A stretch of 64,000 bases of DNA, taken from positions 1-64,000 of the IMG/VR virus record IMGVR_UViG_3300033073_001248; one strand, 5' to 3'. Source of the stretch: a virus. Lineage: Duplodnaviria; Caudoviricetes. Below, in pieces: positions 7,681 to 14,918 of this stretch (the first letter of the stretch is position 1; every line of letters begins with the position of its first letter). A program made the position numbers and the translations under genes. The notes below the pieces were generated by a model. The model made no database searches and was not told the DNA's origin. It saw nothing but the letters and a program-made list of their open reading frames with translations.

Positions 7681-8592
7681 ATGAAAATTAATATATTAGA
7701 CAACGGTTGGACAGTAGAATTAACTGATATCAATTTAGCCAAGGCAACAAATGAAGAGTTGTATGAAATTGCTAAGTTAGTAGCAACTAATACTCTTGTG
7801 TTTGCTCGTAATCAAAAGTTTACTCCAGACGATGAAGTAAGGATTACTAAAACAATTGGTTTAATTGAAGATTTTAACCCTCATGCAGGACTACCTCCAG
7901 AGGACGGTCCCGGTATAAGTCCGCATCGTCGAACAGTGCCTCCTGAATCTAGACTAGCAGATAGAATTTTACCTGACAGCAATAATAAAATATTGCGAGT
8001 GACTGGAGAGCTAAACGAAAATAATGTTCCGGGTTTGTTTGGTCATAAATCTACATTAGATTGGCATGCGAATAGACCTTGGGATCCAAATAGATTGCCG
8101 GTAGTGTGGTTGTATGCAGAAAGAGGCAGCGTTGGCAGTGTAACCAGCTTTGCCAACGGAGTCTTGGCTTATCAAGACATGGATCAAGAGTTTAAGAATT
8201 TCATTAAAGACAAAACTACTATAAACGGCCATATTTTTAACAGTTACACTGAAGAAAATTACGGTTGGGGCAGGACAACAATTAATTATAACTATAAGGC
8301 TCCTGTTGTTTACACAAATAAACTAGGCGTTACAGGATTAAACTTTAGTTACTACCATATTCATCATTTTACAGATATGGCAATTAAAGATAGCGAAGAT
8401 TTAAAAAATCGAATTCATGAATGGTACACGCAACCTAAATACATTTATGATCATCATTGGCAGGACGGTGATGTTTTGCTTGCAGATCAATATTTGGGTA
8501 TTCATAAAAGATGGGCATTTGAAAATATGGAACAAAGAGTACTTCATAGAATTACTACCAGTTACGATAATTGTCCATGGATGAAACAATAA
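7681..8592 (+). CDS. TauD/TfdA-family 2OG-Fe(II) dioxygenase
   Basis: GLFGH...LDWHAN; C-terminal HHWQDGDVLLADQ..GIHKR...RVLHR. Confidence 0.8.
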   Translation: MKINILDNGWTVELTDINLAKATNEELYEIAKLVATNTLVFARNQKFTPDDEVRITKTIGLIEDFNPHAGLPPEDGPGISPHRRTVPPESRLADRILPDSNNKILRVTGELNENNVPGLFGHKSTLDWHANRPWDPNRLPVVWLYAERGSVGSVTSFANGVLAYQDMDQEFKNFIKDKTTINGHIFNSYTEENYGWGRTTINYNYKAPVVYTNKLGVTGLNFSYYHIHHFTDMAIKDSEDLKNRIHEWYTQPKYIYDHHWQDGDVLLADQYLGIHKRWAFENMEQRVLHRITTSYDNCPWMKQ

Positions 8593-8605
8593 GTATATTA
8601 AATTA

Positions 8606-8681
8606 GGATCCTTAGCTCAGTTGGTAGAGCGGCACGTTTACACCGTGTAGGTCGGCAGTTCGAGACTGTCAGGATCCACCA
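8606..8681 (+). tRNA. tRNA-Val (TAC)
   Basis: GGATCCT/AGGATCC stem, TT-TAC-AC loop, CCA. Confidence 0.95.
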
Positions 8682-8686
8682 AAATT

Positions 8687-8764
8687 CGGAGTTTAGCGCA
8701 GTCTGGCTAGCGCATCTGCTTTGGGAGCAGAGGGTCGGGGGTTCGAATCCCTCAACTCCGACCA
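8687..8764 (+). tRNA. tRNA-Pro (TGG)
   Basis: CGGAGTT/AACTCCG stem, TT-TGG-GA loop, CCA. Confidence 0.95.
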
Positions 8765-8777
8765 ATTTTAAATTTAT

Positions 8778-9401
8778 ATGATATTACCTCGTTCATTCTA
8801 TTTTAGTAATTTTGTAAGACTTGGATTAGTTTGGTTCCCGCATTACAATATGATGAAACCACAGTTTACAAGCAACGGGAATCCAGTTTATGATGCACAT
8901 AATCAAACTGGATTTGTTGACCTAAATTTTGCATTAAAATTTATTGAACATCCCCGATTAGCAGATATAATTTTACAACAACGAAAAGAAGTTTTTGATT
9001 TAATGAAAAATATAGAGTGGTCTGGCTCTCCTAAAAGATATAAAACTTCTTTGATAATTCATGCACCCTCTGTGACAACCGAACCGCATTATCATTTCCC
9101 TACTACAAAAAATATATTAGTATATGGATATTCAGTCCCTAGTTGCGAAGAGGACCAACTATTAACAGACACAACAGGGTATGTCGAAGCCAATAATGGC
9201 ACAATATATGATTTTAAGGTAAACAAAAAGTTCATATTAAATATGGACAATGTAGGTAGTCCACACCGTGCCTATTCTAAAGATTGGAAATTTTACTGGG
9301 CTACTGATTATCATGACGAATATCTAACTTATGTTCCTAGAGAAGCAAGGGGAGATTTTGCAAAGCTCAGCGATGATGCTTTCCAATCAATAATTCAATG
9401 A
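8778..9401 (+). CDS. hypothetical protein, possible cupin/DSBH fold
   Basis: 207-aa AT-rich ORF; IHAP..TEPHYH ... PHRA histidine pattern. Confidence 0.5.
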   Translation: MILPRSFYFSNFVRLGLVWFPHYNMMKPQFTSNGNPVYDAHNQTGFVDLNFALKFIEHPRLADIILQQRKEVFDLMKNIEWSGSPKRYKTSLIIHAPSVTTEPHYHFPTTKNILVYGYSVPSCEEDQLLTDTTGYVEANNGTIYDFKVNKKFILNMDNVGSPHRAYSKDWKFYWATDYHDEYLTYVPREARGDFAKLSDDAFQSIIQ

Positions 9402-9423
9402 ATAAACTAATTAAGGAAAAAAC

Positions 9424-9591
9424 ATGACTTGTCGCGGATATGATTCAAAAGCAGTATTAATTAAAAAACCCATTAAAACATTGGCAGCTACTATTAAAGA
9501 TCCGCACAAGCGTGGTGCATTTATTCGCGACTATGTTCGTGCTGCTCAAGCAAACTTGATTAACAGCAAGCGACGCCGAGAGCAAGATTAA
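9424..9591 (+). CDS. small basic hypothetical protein (55 aa)
   Basis: AAGGA SD; MTCRGYDSKAVLIKKPIKTLAATIKDPHKRGAFIRDYVRA... Confidence 0.65.
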   Translation: MTCRGYDSKAVLIKKPIKTLAATIKDPHKRGAFIRDYVRAAQANLINSKRRREQD

Positions 9592-9597
9592 TCAATC

Positions 9598-9672
9598 GGG
9601 GGATTGGTGCTAACGGGAACACGGTGGCTTTGCAAGCCTCAGTTAAGGGTTCGATTCCCTTATCCTCCACCA
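9598..9672 (+). tRNA. tRNA-Ala (TGC)
   Basis: GGGGGAT/ATCCTCC stem with G3:U70, TT-TGC-AA loop, CCA. Confidence 0.9.
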
Positions 9673-9676
9673 ATAA

Positions 9677-10336
9677 TTATAAGTCTATAATAGGCTTGAA
9701 TATTTCTACAGCCTGTTCCCATGATGAGATTTGAGATGTGTCAAATCTCACACTGATACCAATTCTATTAGACTTTTGTGATTCAAATTCAATGCTATGA
9801 GGTACTTCGGTTCTCACAAGATAACATTGTGTGGGATTAACTGTTAATGTTTCCAATACATCGTAGGTATCAAAGTAAGGGTCAGGATAAAGATCGCGAC
9901 TATAACTTTTATATCTTTGATTATAATGAATACTGCCATTTAACCCTCTTGGATATTCATAGTATCCGCTGTCCTGTTCAGGATAAAATTCTTCACTGTT
10001 TTTAACGTCTAACCAACGCCAAGAAGCCTTGCTGTCGGTTATCTCCCAATTTATTCCACATGGAATTTTTACCCACTTGTTGTCTACTAGAGTTATATCA
10101 GTATGCACAAGAGTCTTACCTGATGAAACTGTGGGTAGTCCAATAATTAAAGCCTGCGTAGGTTTTACTCCCAAATGAGAAAATTTTTCCATTAATTCTG
10201 GAGATAAAATTTCTTCTAAGTTAGTGTGAGTAAGACCGTACCATTTTACTGTTTCATTTAGTACATCTAAAGTTGTATTTTTTGTAAGAGGAAAAGGCAA
10301 ATTTAATGGATAGTAATATTTCATAAAATTTTTCAA
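9677..10336 (-). CDS. putative 2OG-Fe(II)/cupin-fold protein, antisense to the tRNA array
   Basis: LVHTD...GINW...LVRTEVPHSIE..R..ISVRF; same motif spacing as 5270-5890. Confidence 0.6.
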   Translation of the reverse strand: MKNFMKYYYPLNLPFPLTKNTTLDVLNETVKWYGLTHTNLEEILSPELMEKFSHLGVKPTQALIIGLPTVSSGKTLVHTDITLVDNKWVKIPCGINWEITDSKASWRWLDVKNSEEFYPEQDSGYYEYPRGLNGSIHYNQRYKSYSRDLYPDPYFDTYDVLETLTVNPTQCYLVRTEVPHSIEFESQKSNRIGISVRFDTSQISSWEQAVEIFKPIIDL

Positions 10337-10344
10337 AATTATTT

Positions 10345-10419
10345 AGCCGCGTAGCTCAGAGGAAGAGCAACGTCTTGATAAGGCGTAGGCCGACATTTCG
10401 AAACTGTCCGCGGCTACCA
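10345..10419 (+). tRNA. tRNA-Ile (GAT)
   Basis: AGCCGCG/CGCGGCT stem, TT-GAT-AA loop, CCA. Confidence 0.9.
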
Positions 10420-10431
10420 AACAAAATCAAT

Positions 10432-10506
10432 GGTGTCCATAGTTTAGTGGCAAAACCGCGGGTTGTGATTCCGCTATCATGAGTTCGATTCTCATTGGAT
10501 ACCCCA
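10432..10506 (+). tRNA. tRNA-His (GTG)
   Basis: G-1 and C73, TT-GTG-AT loop, CCA. Confidence 0.93.
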
Positions 10507-10510
10507 ATAT

Positions 10511-10586
10511 GCTGCTTTAGCTGATGTGGTCATAGCACCGGTCTGAAGAACCGAGGAACCTGGTTCGATCCCAGGAGGCAGCACCA
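10511..10586 (+). tRNA. tRNA-Phe (GAA)
   Basis: GCTGCTT/AGGCAGC stem, CT-GAA-GA loop, CCA. Confidence 0.93.
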
Positions 10587-10592
10587 TACATG

Positions 10593-10667
10593 ACCGCCAT
10601 CGTATAATGGATAATACACGAGGCTACGAACTTCGGAATTGTGGTTCGATTCCATATGGCGGTACCA
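10593..10667 (+). tRNA. tRNA-Arg (ACG)
   Basis: ACCGCCA/TGGCGGT stem, CT-ACG-AA loop, CCA. Confidence 0.92.
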
Positions 10668-10672
10668 AACAA

Positions 10673-10765
10673 GGAAGCGTTAGCCGAATCGGCATAGCGG
10701 CAACTGTCTTGAAAACAGAGGGCCCAGAAATGGGTGTGTGAGTTCGAGTCTCACCGCTTCCGCCA
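10673..10765 (+). tRNA. tRNA-Ser (TGA)
   Basis: GGAAGCG/CGCTTCC stem, CT-TGA-AA loop, long variable arm, GCCA end. Confidence 0.93.
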
Positions 10766-10794
10766 TTGACATTAAATATTTTTACTGTTATAAT
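10766..10794 (+). promoter_or_regulatory. sigma70-type internal promoter
   Basis: TTGACA-N17-TATAAT. Confidence 0.85.
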
Positions 10795-10802
10795 AGATTC
10801 AT

Positions 10803-10891
10803 GGAGAGTGGGCAGGATGGTAATGCAGCAGATTGCTAATCTGTCATCGGATTAAACCGATGAGTGGGTTCGATTCCCACACTCTCCGCCA
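10803..10891 (+). tRNA. tRNA-Ser (GCT)
   Basis: GGAGAGT/ACTCTCC stem, TT-GCT-AA loop, long variable arm, GCCA end. Confidence 0.95.
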
Positions 10892-10897
10892 AATAAA

Positions 10898-10971
10898 GTC
10901 TCGCAAGTGTTACGGCAGCACATCAGTCTCCAAAACTGAGGGCCGGGGTTCGACTCCCTGGCGGGACGCCA
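10898..10971 (+). tRNA. tRNA-Trp (CCA)
   Basis: CT-CCA-AA loop, cloverleaf, GCCA end. Confidence 0.92.
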
Positions 10972-10977
10972 ACTAAT

Positions 10978-11055
10978 GCACCGATGGCAGAGCGGCCCAA
11001 TGCAAGGGATTGCAAATCCCTAAAACCGTAGGTTCAAATCCTACTCGGTGCTCCA
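10978..11055 (+). tRNA. tRNA-Cys (GCA)
   Basis: GCACCGA/TCGGTGC stem, U73, TT-GCA-AA loop. Confidence 0.93.
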
Positions 11056-11065
11056 TATAATTTTT

Positions 11066-11141
11066 AGAAGTGTAGCATAGCGGCTAATGCGCCACCTTCA
11101 TACGGTGTTTATCGTGAGTTCGAGCCTCACCACTTCTACCA
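11066..11141 (+). tRNA. tRNA-Met (CAT), elongator-like
   Basis: Fully paired AGAAGTG/CACTTCT stem, TT-CAT-AC loop, CCA. Confidence 0.85.
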
Positions 11142-11143
11142 AA

Positions 11144-11303
11144 TTTCGGGATAGACGGTAGTTTTGAGTCCTGGTCAATCTAGCCACAGTGGAATCAACT
11201 GCGGCGACACTATAGTATGATTGATTGGTAGCAAGAGCTTGACTATTCGAGACAAGCATAGTTCGGAGTATGCGGTGTAAAAGCCGGAACTATGTTCCCG
11301 AAA
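11144..11303 (+). ncRNA. candidate structured ncRNA between tRNA-Met and tRNA-Gln
   Basis: Closed by TTTCGGGA/TCCCGAAA; internal CATAGTTC/GAACTATG, GCTTG/CAAGC and CAGT/ACTG helices. Confidence 0.6.
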
Positions 11304-11313
11304 ATCTATCTGT

Positions 11314-11387
11314 TGGGGGATAGTTAAATGGTATAACCACGGATTTTGATTCCGTTATTCTTGGTTCGATTCCAAGTCCCTCTGCCA
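11314..11387 (+). tRNA. tRNA-Gln (TTG)
   Basis: TT-TTG-AT loop, weak 1:72 pair, GCCA end. Confidence 0.9.
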
Positions 11388-11425
11388 ATAACTTTTGTTG
11401 TTAACAGGGTTTTGTAAATATTATC

Positions 11426-12949
11426 ATGCAATACGAATTGAAAAAACTTTTTATAGGCAACAACACAACTGATACTGATTTAAAGGTGTCAATACAATCA
11501 GACTTGTTACAAACTAAAAATCATGGATTAATTTCAGATTCAAACTTTATACCTGATAAGAATGGATTTTATCACACATCAGTTACTGATTTGTCAATTG
11601 GCGAAATAATTAAAATTTCTAAATATTTTGATGAAATTGAAATGTTAGATCAACCACGGGATGAATGGACTCACCAAAAATCTTTGTTGTCAACATTTAA
11701 GCTAATGTGTGAACTTGAAAAAATAGGCCGCAATACAAAATTTAGAACTAATAAAAATATTATTGGGTTTGGTGAATTTGAAGATTTTTTAAATCAAAAT
11801 AAAAGTTTTTGCATTTATCCTTGGATTAATTTTGTAATGGAAAATAGTAAAAATTTACAACTGTGTGCAAGATCTGGACTTGTAGTAACACAAGTAGATA
11901 AACTCCAAGATTGGGTTAATGACAAACATTTTAACACAATAAGAAATAAAATGTTAGCGGGCCAGTCAATGGGACATGCTTGCCAAGTTTGCTATAACTA
12001 TGAAGCAATTGGTGCAGAAAGTTATAGACAGTATGATACGCGAGAGTGGTTAAATCAATTAGAAATTAAAAATTTAAGTGATTTAAAAAAAATTGAAAAT
12101 CCATATTATTACGAAATAAGGTTATCTAATAAATGTAATGCTATGTGTAGAGGTTGTCGCCCGTCCTACAGTCATCTAATAGAAAAAGAAGCTAGAAAAT
12201 TTAATATTGTACATGACAAAGGAAATTTTAAACCTGCTTATCCTAGTATTAACAATATAAATGTATCTACATTAACAAACAAACACCGAGTTTATTTGAC
12301 TGGTGGCGAACCAACTATAATGTCAGAAGTATTAAAATTTATGGAAAATTGTATTGATCAAAATAAAACTGATTTTGAGCTTACAATGAGTACTAACGGT
12401 GAAAAGTTTAGTGCTAAATTCCTAAAATTGTCTGAATCCTTTTCTAATATGAATTTTAGCTTTAGTTTAGATGGCTACGGCAAAATTAATGATTATTGGC
12501 GTTGGGGAACAAATTGGGATAACATAGTAAAAAACATGAAGTTATGCCAACGAATGGGGCATTCTGTCCAAATTAACACTGTTCCGGGAATTTATAATGT
12601 TACAAATTTACATTTGTTATATGAATTTTTAGATAAAGAATTCCCACTTACTACAGTGTATCTGCAATTAAATTATTTAGAAAAATTTAATACATTTAAT
12701 CATCCAAATAGAAAATTAGTTGTAGAAAGTATGGAAAAATGTAAACAAACAAAAGTATATCATTCGGACGGAAAAAGTAATAAAACTGTAATTGATTCAA
12801 TATACGATTATTATATAAAGAATCCAACCCCTGATATTTCACTACTTAAACAATTTTTTGATTTTAACGATCAACTTGATCGTGCAAGAAATTCTAAGTT
12901 GGGTGATTATATACCAGAATTAGAAGCTTGCAGACAATATATTTTGTAG
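11426..12949 (+). CDS. radical SAM protein with twitch/SPASM-like Cys-rich segment
   Basis: CNAMCRGC (CxxxCxxC), LTGGEP, STNG, FSLDG; upstream CIYPW...C...CxxC. Confidence 0.88.
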   Translation: MQYELKKLFIGNNTTDTDLKVSIQSDLLQTKNHGLISDSNFIPDKNGFYHTSVTDLSIGEIIKISKYFDEIEMLDQPRDEWTHQKSLLSTFKLMCELEKIGRNTKFRTNKNIIGFGEFEDFLNQNKSFCIYPWINFVMENSKNLQLCARSGLVVTQVDKLQDWVNDKHFNTIRNKMLAGQSMGHACQVCYNYEAIGAESYRQYDTREWLNQLEIKNLSDLKKIENPYYYEIRLSNKCNAMCRGCRPSYSHLIEKEARKFNIVHDKGNFKPAYPSINNINVSTLTNKHRVYLTGGEPTIMSEVLKFMENCIDQNKTDFELTMSTNGEKFSAKFLKLSESFSNMNFSFSLDGYGKINDYWRWGTNWDNIVKNMKLCQRMGHSVQINTVPGIYNVTNLHLLYEFLDKEFPLTTVYLQLNYLEKFNTFNHPNRKLVVESMEKCKQTKVYHSDGKSNKTVIDSIYDYYIKNPTPDISLLKQFFDFNDQLDRARNSKLGDYIPELEACRQYIL

Positions 12950-13014
12950 TACATTAGTTATACTAGACTAATATTACAAATCCTGTTATAATACTATTTT
13001 AAGGAGTTTGCACT

Positions 13015-13155
13015 ATGCAACGAAAACTGATCGTCAAGCAGCGTAACCGCTTCGTTGTCTTGGCTTTGATGAGAAAAGCGGGCGTACATCGCAAGACCAA
13101 TAAAGCCTTGCGTAGAAAAGACAATGCGTCCTTAGCTCAGTTGGTAGAGCAGTAG
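13015..13155 (+). CDS. small basic protein (46 aa) whose last 10 codons overlap tRNA-Lys
   Basis: AAGGAG SD; MQRKLIVKQRNRFVVLALMRKAGVHRKTNKALRRKDNASLAQLVEQ; promoter TAGACT-N17-TATAAT at 12964-12992. Confidence 0.6.
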   Translation: MQRKLIVKQRNRFVVLALMRKAGVHRKTNKALRRKDNASLAQLVEQ

Positions 13156-13201
13156 ACTTTTAATCTATTGGTCGGGAGTTCAAATCTCCCAGGGCGTACC
13201 A
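13126..13201 (+). tRNA. tRNA-Lys (TTT)
   Basis: CT-TTT-AA loop, cloverleaf, CCA. Confidence 0.95.
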
Positions 13202-13278
13202 TATAAAAACACACTTTGCACGGTAGGAGCCCGTCCCAAGGTACATCGGGTAGAGAGGATAGTGTGTTTTTATATGGT
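13198..13278 (+). repeat. carrier-stem element 2 (perfect 18-bp inverted repeat starting at the tRNA-Lys ACCA)
   Basis: ACCATATAAAAACACACT ... AGTGTGTTTTTATATGGT, 45-nt insert. Confidence 0.9.
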
Positions 13279-13347
13279 AGCAATACCAGAGGCTGCGATT
13301 CCGACAGATCGTGATCGGATAGGAACTCCACCGCCTCAAAGGGTGGA

Positions 13348-13468
13348 ACCATATAAAAACACATTGGAGAAGAGACTCCATAACACCCGGGAAGGTTATG
13401 GTTTGACGGCACAGACTAGGAGGTACAGTAATGTATCGGCGATGCTTGCCAGTGTGTTTCTATATGGT
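13348..13468 (+). repeat. carrier-stem element 3
   Basis: ACCATATAAAAACACATTGG ... CCAGTGTGTTTCTATATGGT, about 81-nt insert. Confidence 0.88.
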
Positions 13469-13628
13469 ACAAGACTGTTCTATGGGCACTGCAATGAACA
13501 TAGACAGGTTGCGTGGTGTTGCCGGAAGCACGGTGAAGCGAGTACGCAGAGTTGAAGTCCTTGCAGGGATGGATGAGTTGCTGAAAACGGATCAGGTACA
13601 GGTTCGAATCCTGTAGCATTTATTTGTT

Positions 13629-13757
13629 GCCATATTGAAACATATTCATCATTGGTCGTTGGCCTCGAGAGGTTGGTAGCCTGGACCACACGACGAAGCA
13701 GCCTAACCAGCGCGATGAAAAGTCCTATAGTAGGACGAGAATGTGTTTCAATATGGT
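13629..13757 (+). repeat. carrier-stem element 4
   Basis: GCCATATTGAAACATATTC ... GAATGTGTTTCAATATGGT, about 91-nt insert. Confidence 0.88.
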
Positions 13758-13785
13758 AGACAAATATTCCTATATTTGTTATAAT
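13757..13785 (+). promoter_or_regulatory. sigma70-type promoter for tRNA-Glu
   Basis: TAGACA-N17-TATAAT; ACAAATA/TATTTGT inverted repeat across the spacer. Confidence 0.7.
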
Positions 13786-13837
13786 ATACACATGTTAAGA
13801 AATTAACATTGTTCTTTAAAAATTAAATGGCAATTAT

Positions 13838-13912
13838 GCTCGGTTCGTCTATCGGTTAGGACGCTGGCCTTTCACGCCGGAAAGAGGGGTTCGACTCCCC
13901 TACCGAGTACCA
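13838..13912 (+). tRNA. tRNA-Glu (TTC)
   Basis: CT-TTC-AC loop, cloverleaf, CCA. Confidence 0.93.
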
Positions 13913-14024
13913 TATAGAAACGCATTCAACGGCTTCGTGGATACCTAGCAACTGGACGCAGGGGCTATCCCAAAGAGTAGGCATACCGCCGTAAAGCTAG
14001 GGCAAGAGTGTGTTTCTATATGGT
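13909..14024 (+). repeat. carrier-stem element 5 (starts at the tRNA-Glu ACCA)
   Basis: ACCATATAGAAACGCATTC ... GAGTGTGTTTCTATATGGT, about 78-nt insert. Confidence 0.88.
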
Positions 14025-14030
14025 AATTAT

Positions 14031-14115
14031 GGATGAGTAGGAAAATTGGTAACCCCAGGAGACTGTAAATCTTCCGCCTCTGGCATTGTTGGTTCAAGTC
14101 CAACCTCATCCACCA
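14031..14115 (+). tRNA. tRNA-Tyr (GTA)
   Basis: GGATGAG/CTCATCC stem, CT-GTA-AA loop, variable arm, CCA. Confidence 0.95.
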
Positions 14116-14332
14116 AGAATGCACACCGTCGCTTTACGGTGTGGCGGGACGGCTTCCCCGATTGCAATCGGATCCACGAAGTGGGCTTACGAGCGCCTCT
14201 CAAACCGCAACTAGAGTTCTCCGCAAGAGAACATAGCACAAATTCTTATAAGAAGAAAGCGCTCGCCTTGCGCCAGTGCGGGGAATAATGAGAAAGAACG
14301 GGGTACAAGTCCCAAGCGTTGGTACAAATTTT

Positions 14333-14409
14333 GGTTCCATAGTATAGCCTGGTAATTACAGCGGCTTGTCACGCCGTCAACAGGGGTTCGAATCCCCTTG
14401 GGACCGCCA
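14333..14409 (+). tRNA. tRNA-Asp (GTC)
   Basis: TT-GTC-AC loop, GCCA end. Confidence 0.95.
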
Positions 14410-14543
14410 AGTTTTGTCATGGTGTAATGAGAATGCATGGGATCGCCACATAAGTCTATGCCGAAGGGCAACACTAATATTTTGGTGCAATAGCGGTGGA
14501 TGTGAGGTTCAGGTGTGGTAAAAACCCACAACGACATACAAGT

Positions 14544-14754
14544 TTCGTAAGTGTCAGCAAGAGAAAGTCACGCTATAAAGGTTTCTTCGAAGGACTGATA
14601 TAGTAAAAGGTGACGGGTTCGACTCCCGGCCGCTCGCATGAGCGGTGCAGATGGTTGCTAACTGGACCGGTATCCCAAGTGGCGTACCGAGTCCCGCTAG
14701 CTAAACCGGAGAAGGGTGAATGGTGTCTATAATGATGGTGACACTACTTACGAA
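14544..14754 (+). ncRNA. candidate ~210-nt structured ncRNA with a T-arm-like hairpin
   Basis: Closed by TTCGTAAGT/ACTTACGAA; GTCAC/GTGAC, CGGG-TTCGACT-CCCG, CCGCTC/GAGCGG and GGTA/TACC helices. Confidence 0.6.
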
Positions 14755-14764
14755 TTTATTTTAT

Positions 14765-14860
14765 GCCCCTGTAGTTTAATGGTAGAACTCTGAGCTTATA
14801 CCTCAGCTTATGCCGCCAGATTAGCGGATGGTGCAGGTTCGAATCCTGCCGGGGGTACCA
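14765..14860 (+). tRNA. atypical tRNA with TAT anticodon (nominal Ile) and a long variable arm
   Basis: CTGAG-CTTATAC-CTCAG anticodon arm, about 25-nt variable region with CCGC/GCGG stem, canonical T arm, ACCA end. Confidence 0.75.
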
Positions 14861-14883
14861 AATATTTTGGACAACAAAGTCCG

Positions 14884-14912
14884 TTGACAATTAATGTAAA
14901 AGATAATACAAT
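14884..14912 (+). promoter_or_regulatory. sigma70-type promoter for the large ncRNA
   Basis: TTGACA-N17-TACAAT. Confidence 0.85.
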
Positions 14913-14918
14913 AGATAC

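Noticed and set aside
13712-13742. Hammerhead ribozyme in carrier-stem 4 (GATGA..GTCC...GGACGA)
   Set aside because: The core lacks the required CUGANGA and GAAA (it reads GCGATGAAAA and GAGA); an Infernal search would settle it.
13198-14024. CRISPR array (repeats of similar length separated by unique sequences)
   Set aside because: The repeats alternate in inverted orientation, differ between copies, enclose variable-length structured inserts, and no cas gene is present.
13198-14024. Theta/HDV-like ribozymes at tRNA 3' ends
   Set aside because: The sequence after CCA is an AT-rich stem arm, and I could not build the P1/P3/P1.1 nested double pseudoknot by eye.
13137-14537. ORF-track calls across the tRNA/ncRNA region (e.g. 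13137-13412, 13262-13555, 14027-14239, 14046-14288, 14211-14537)
   Set aside because: They overlap tRNAs and inverted-repeat RNAs, lack SD sites and have non-protein-like composition.
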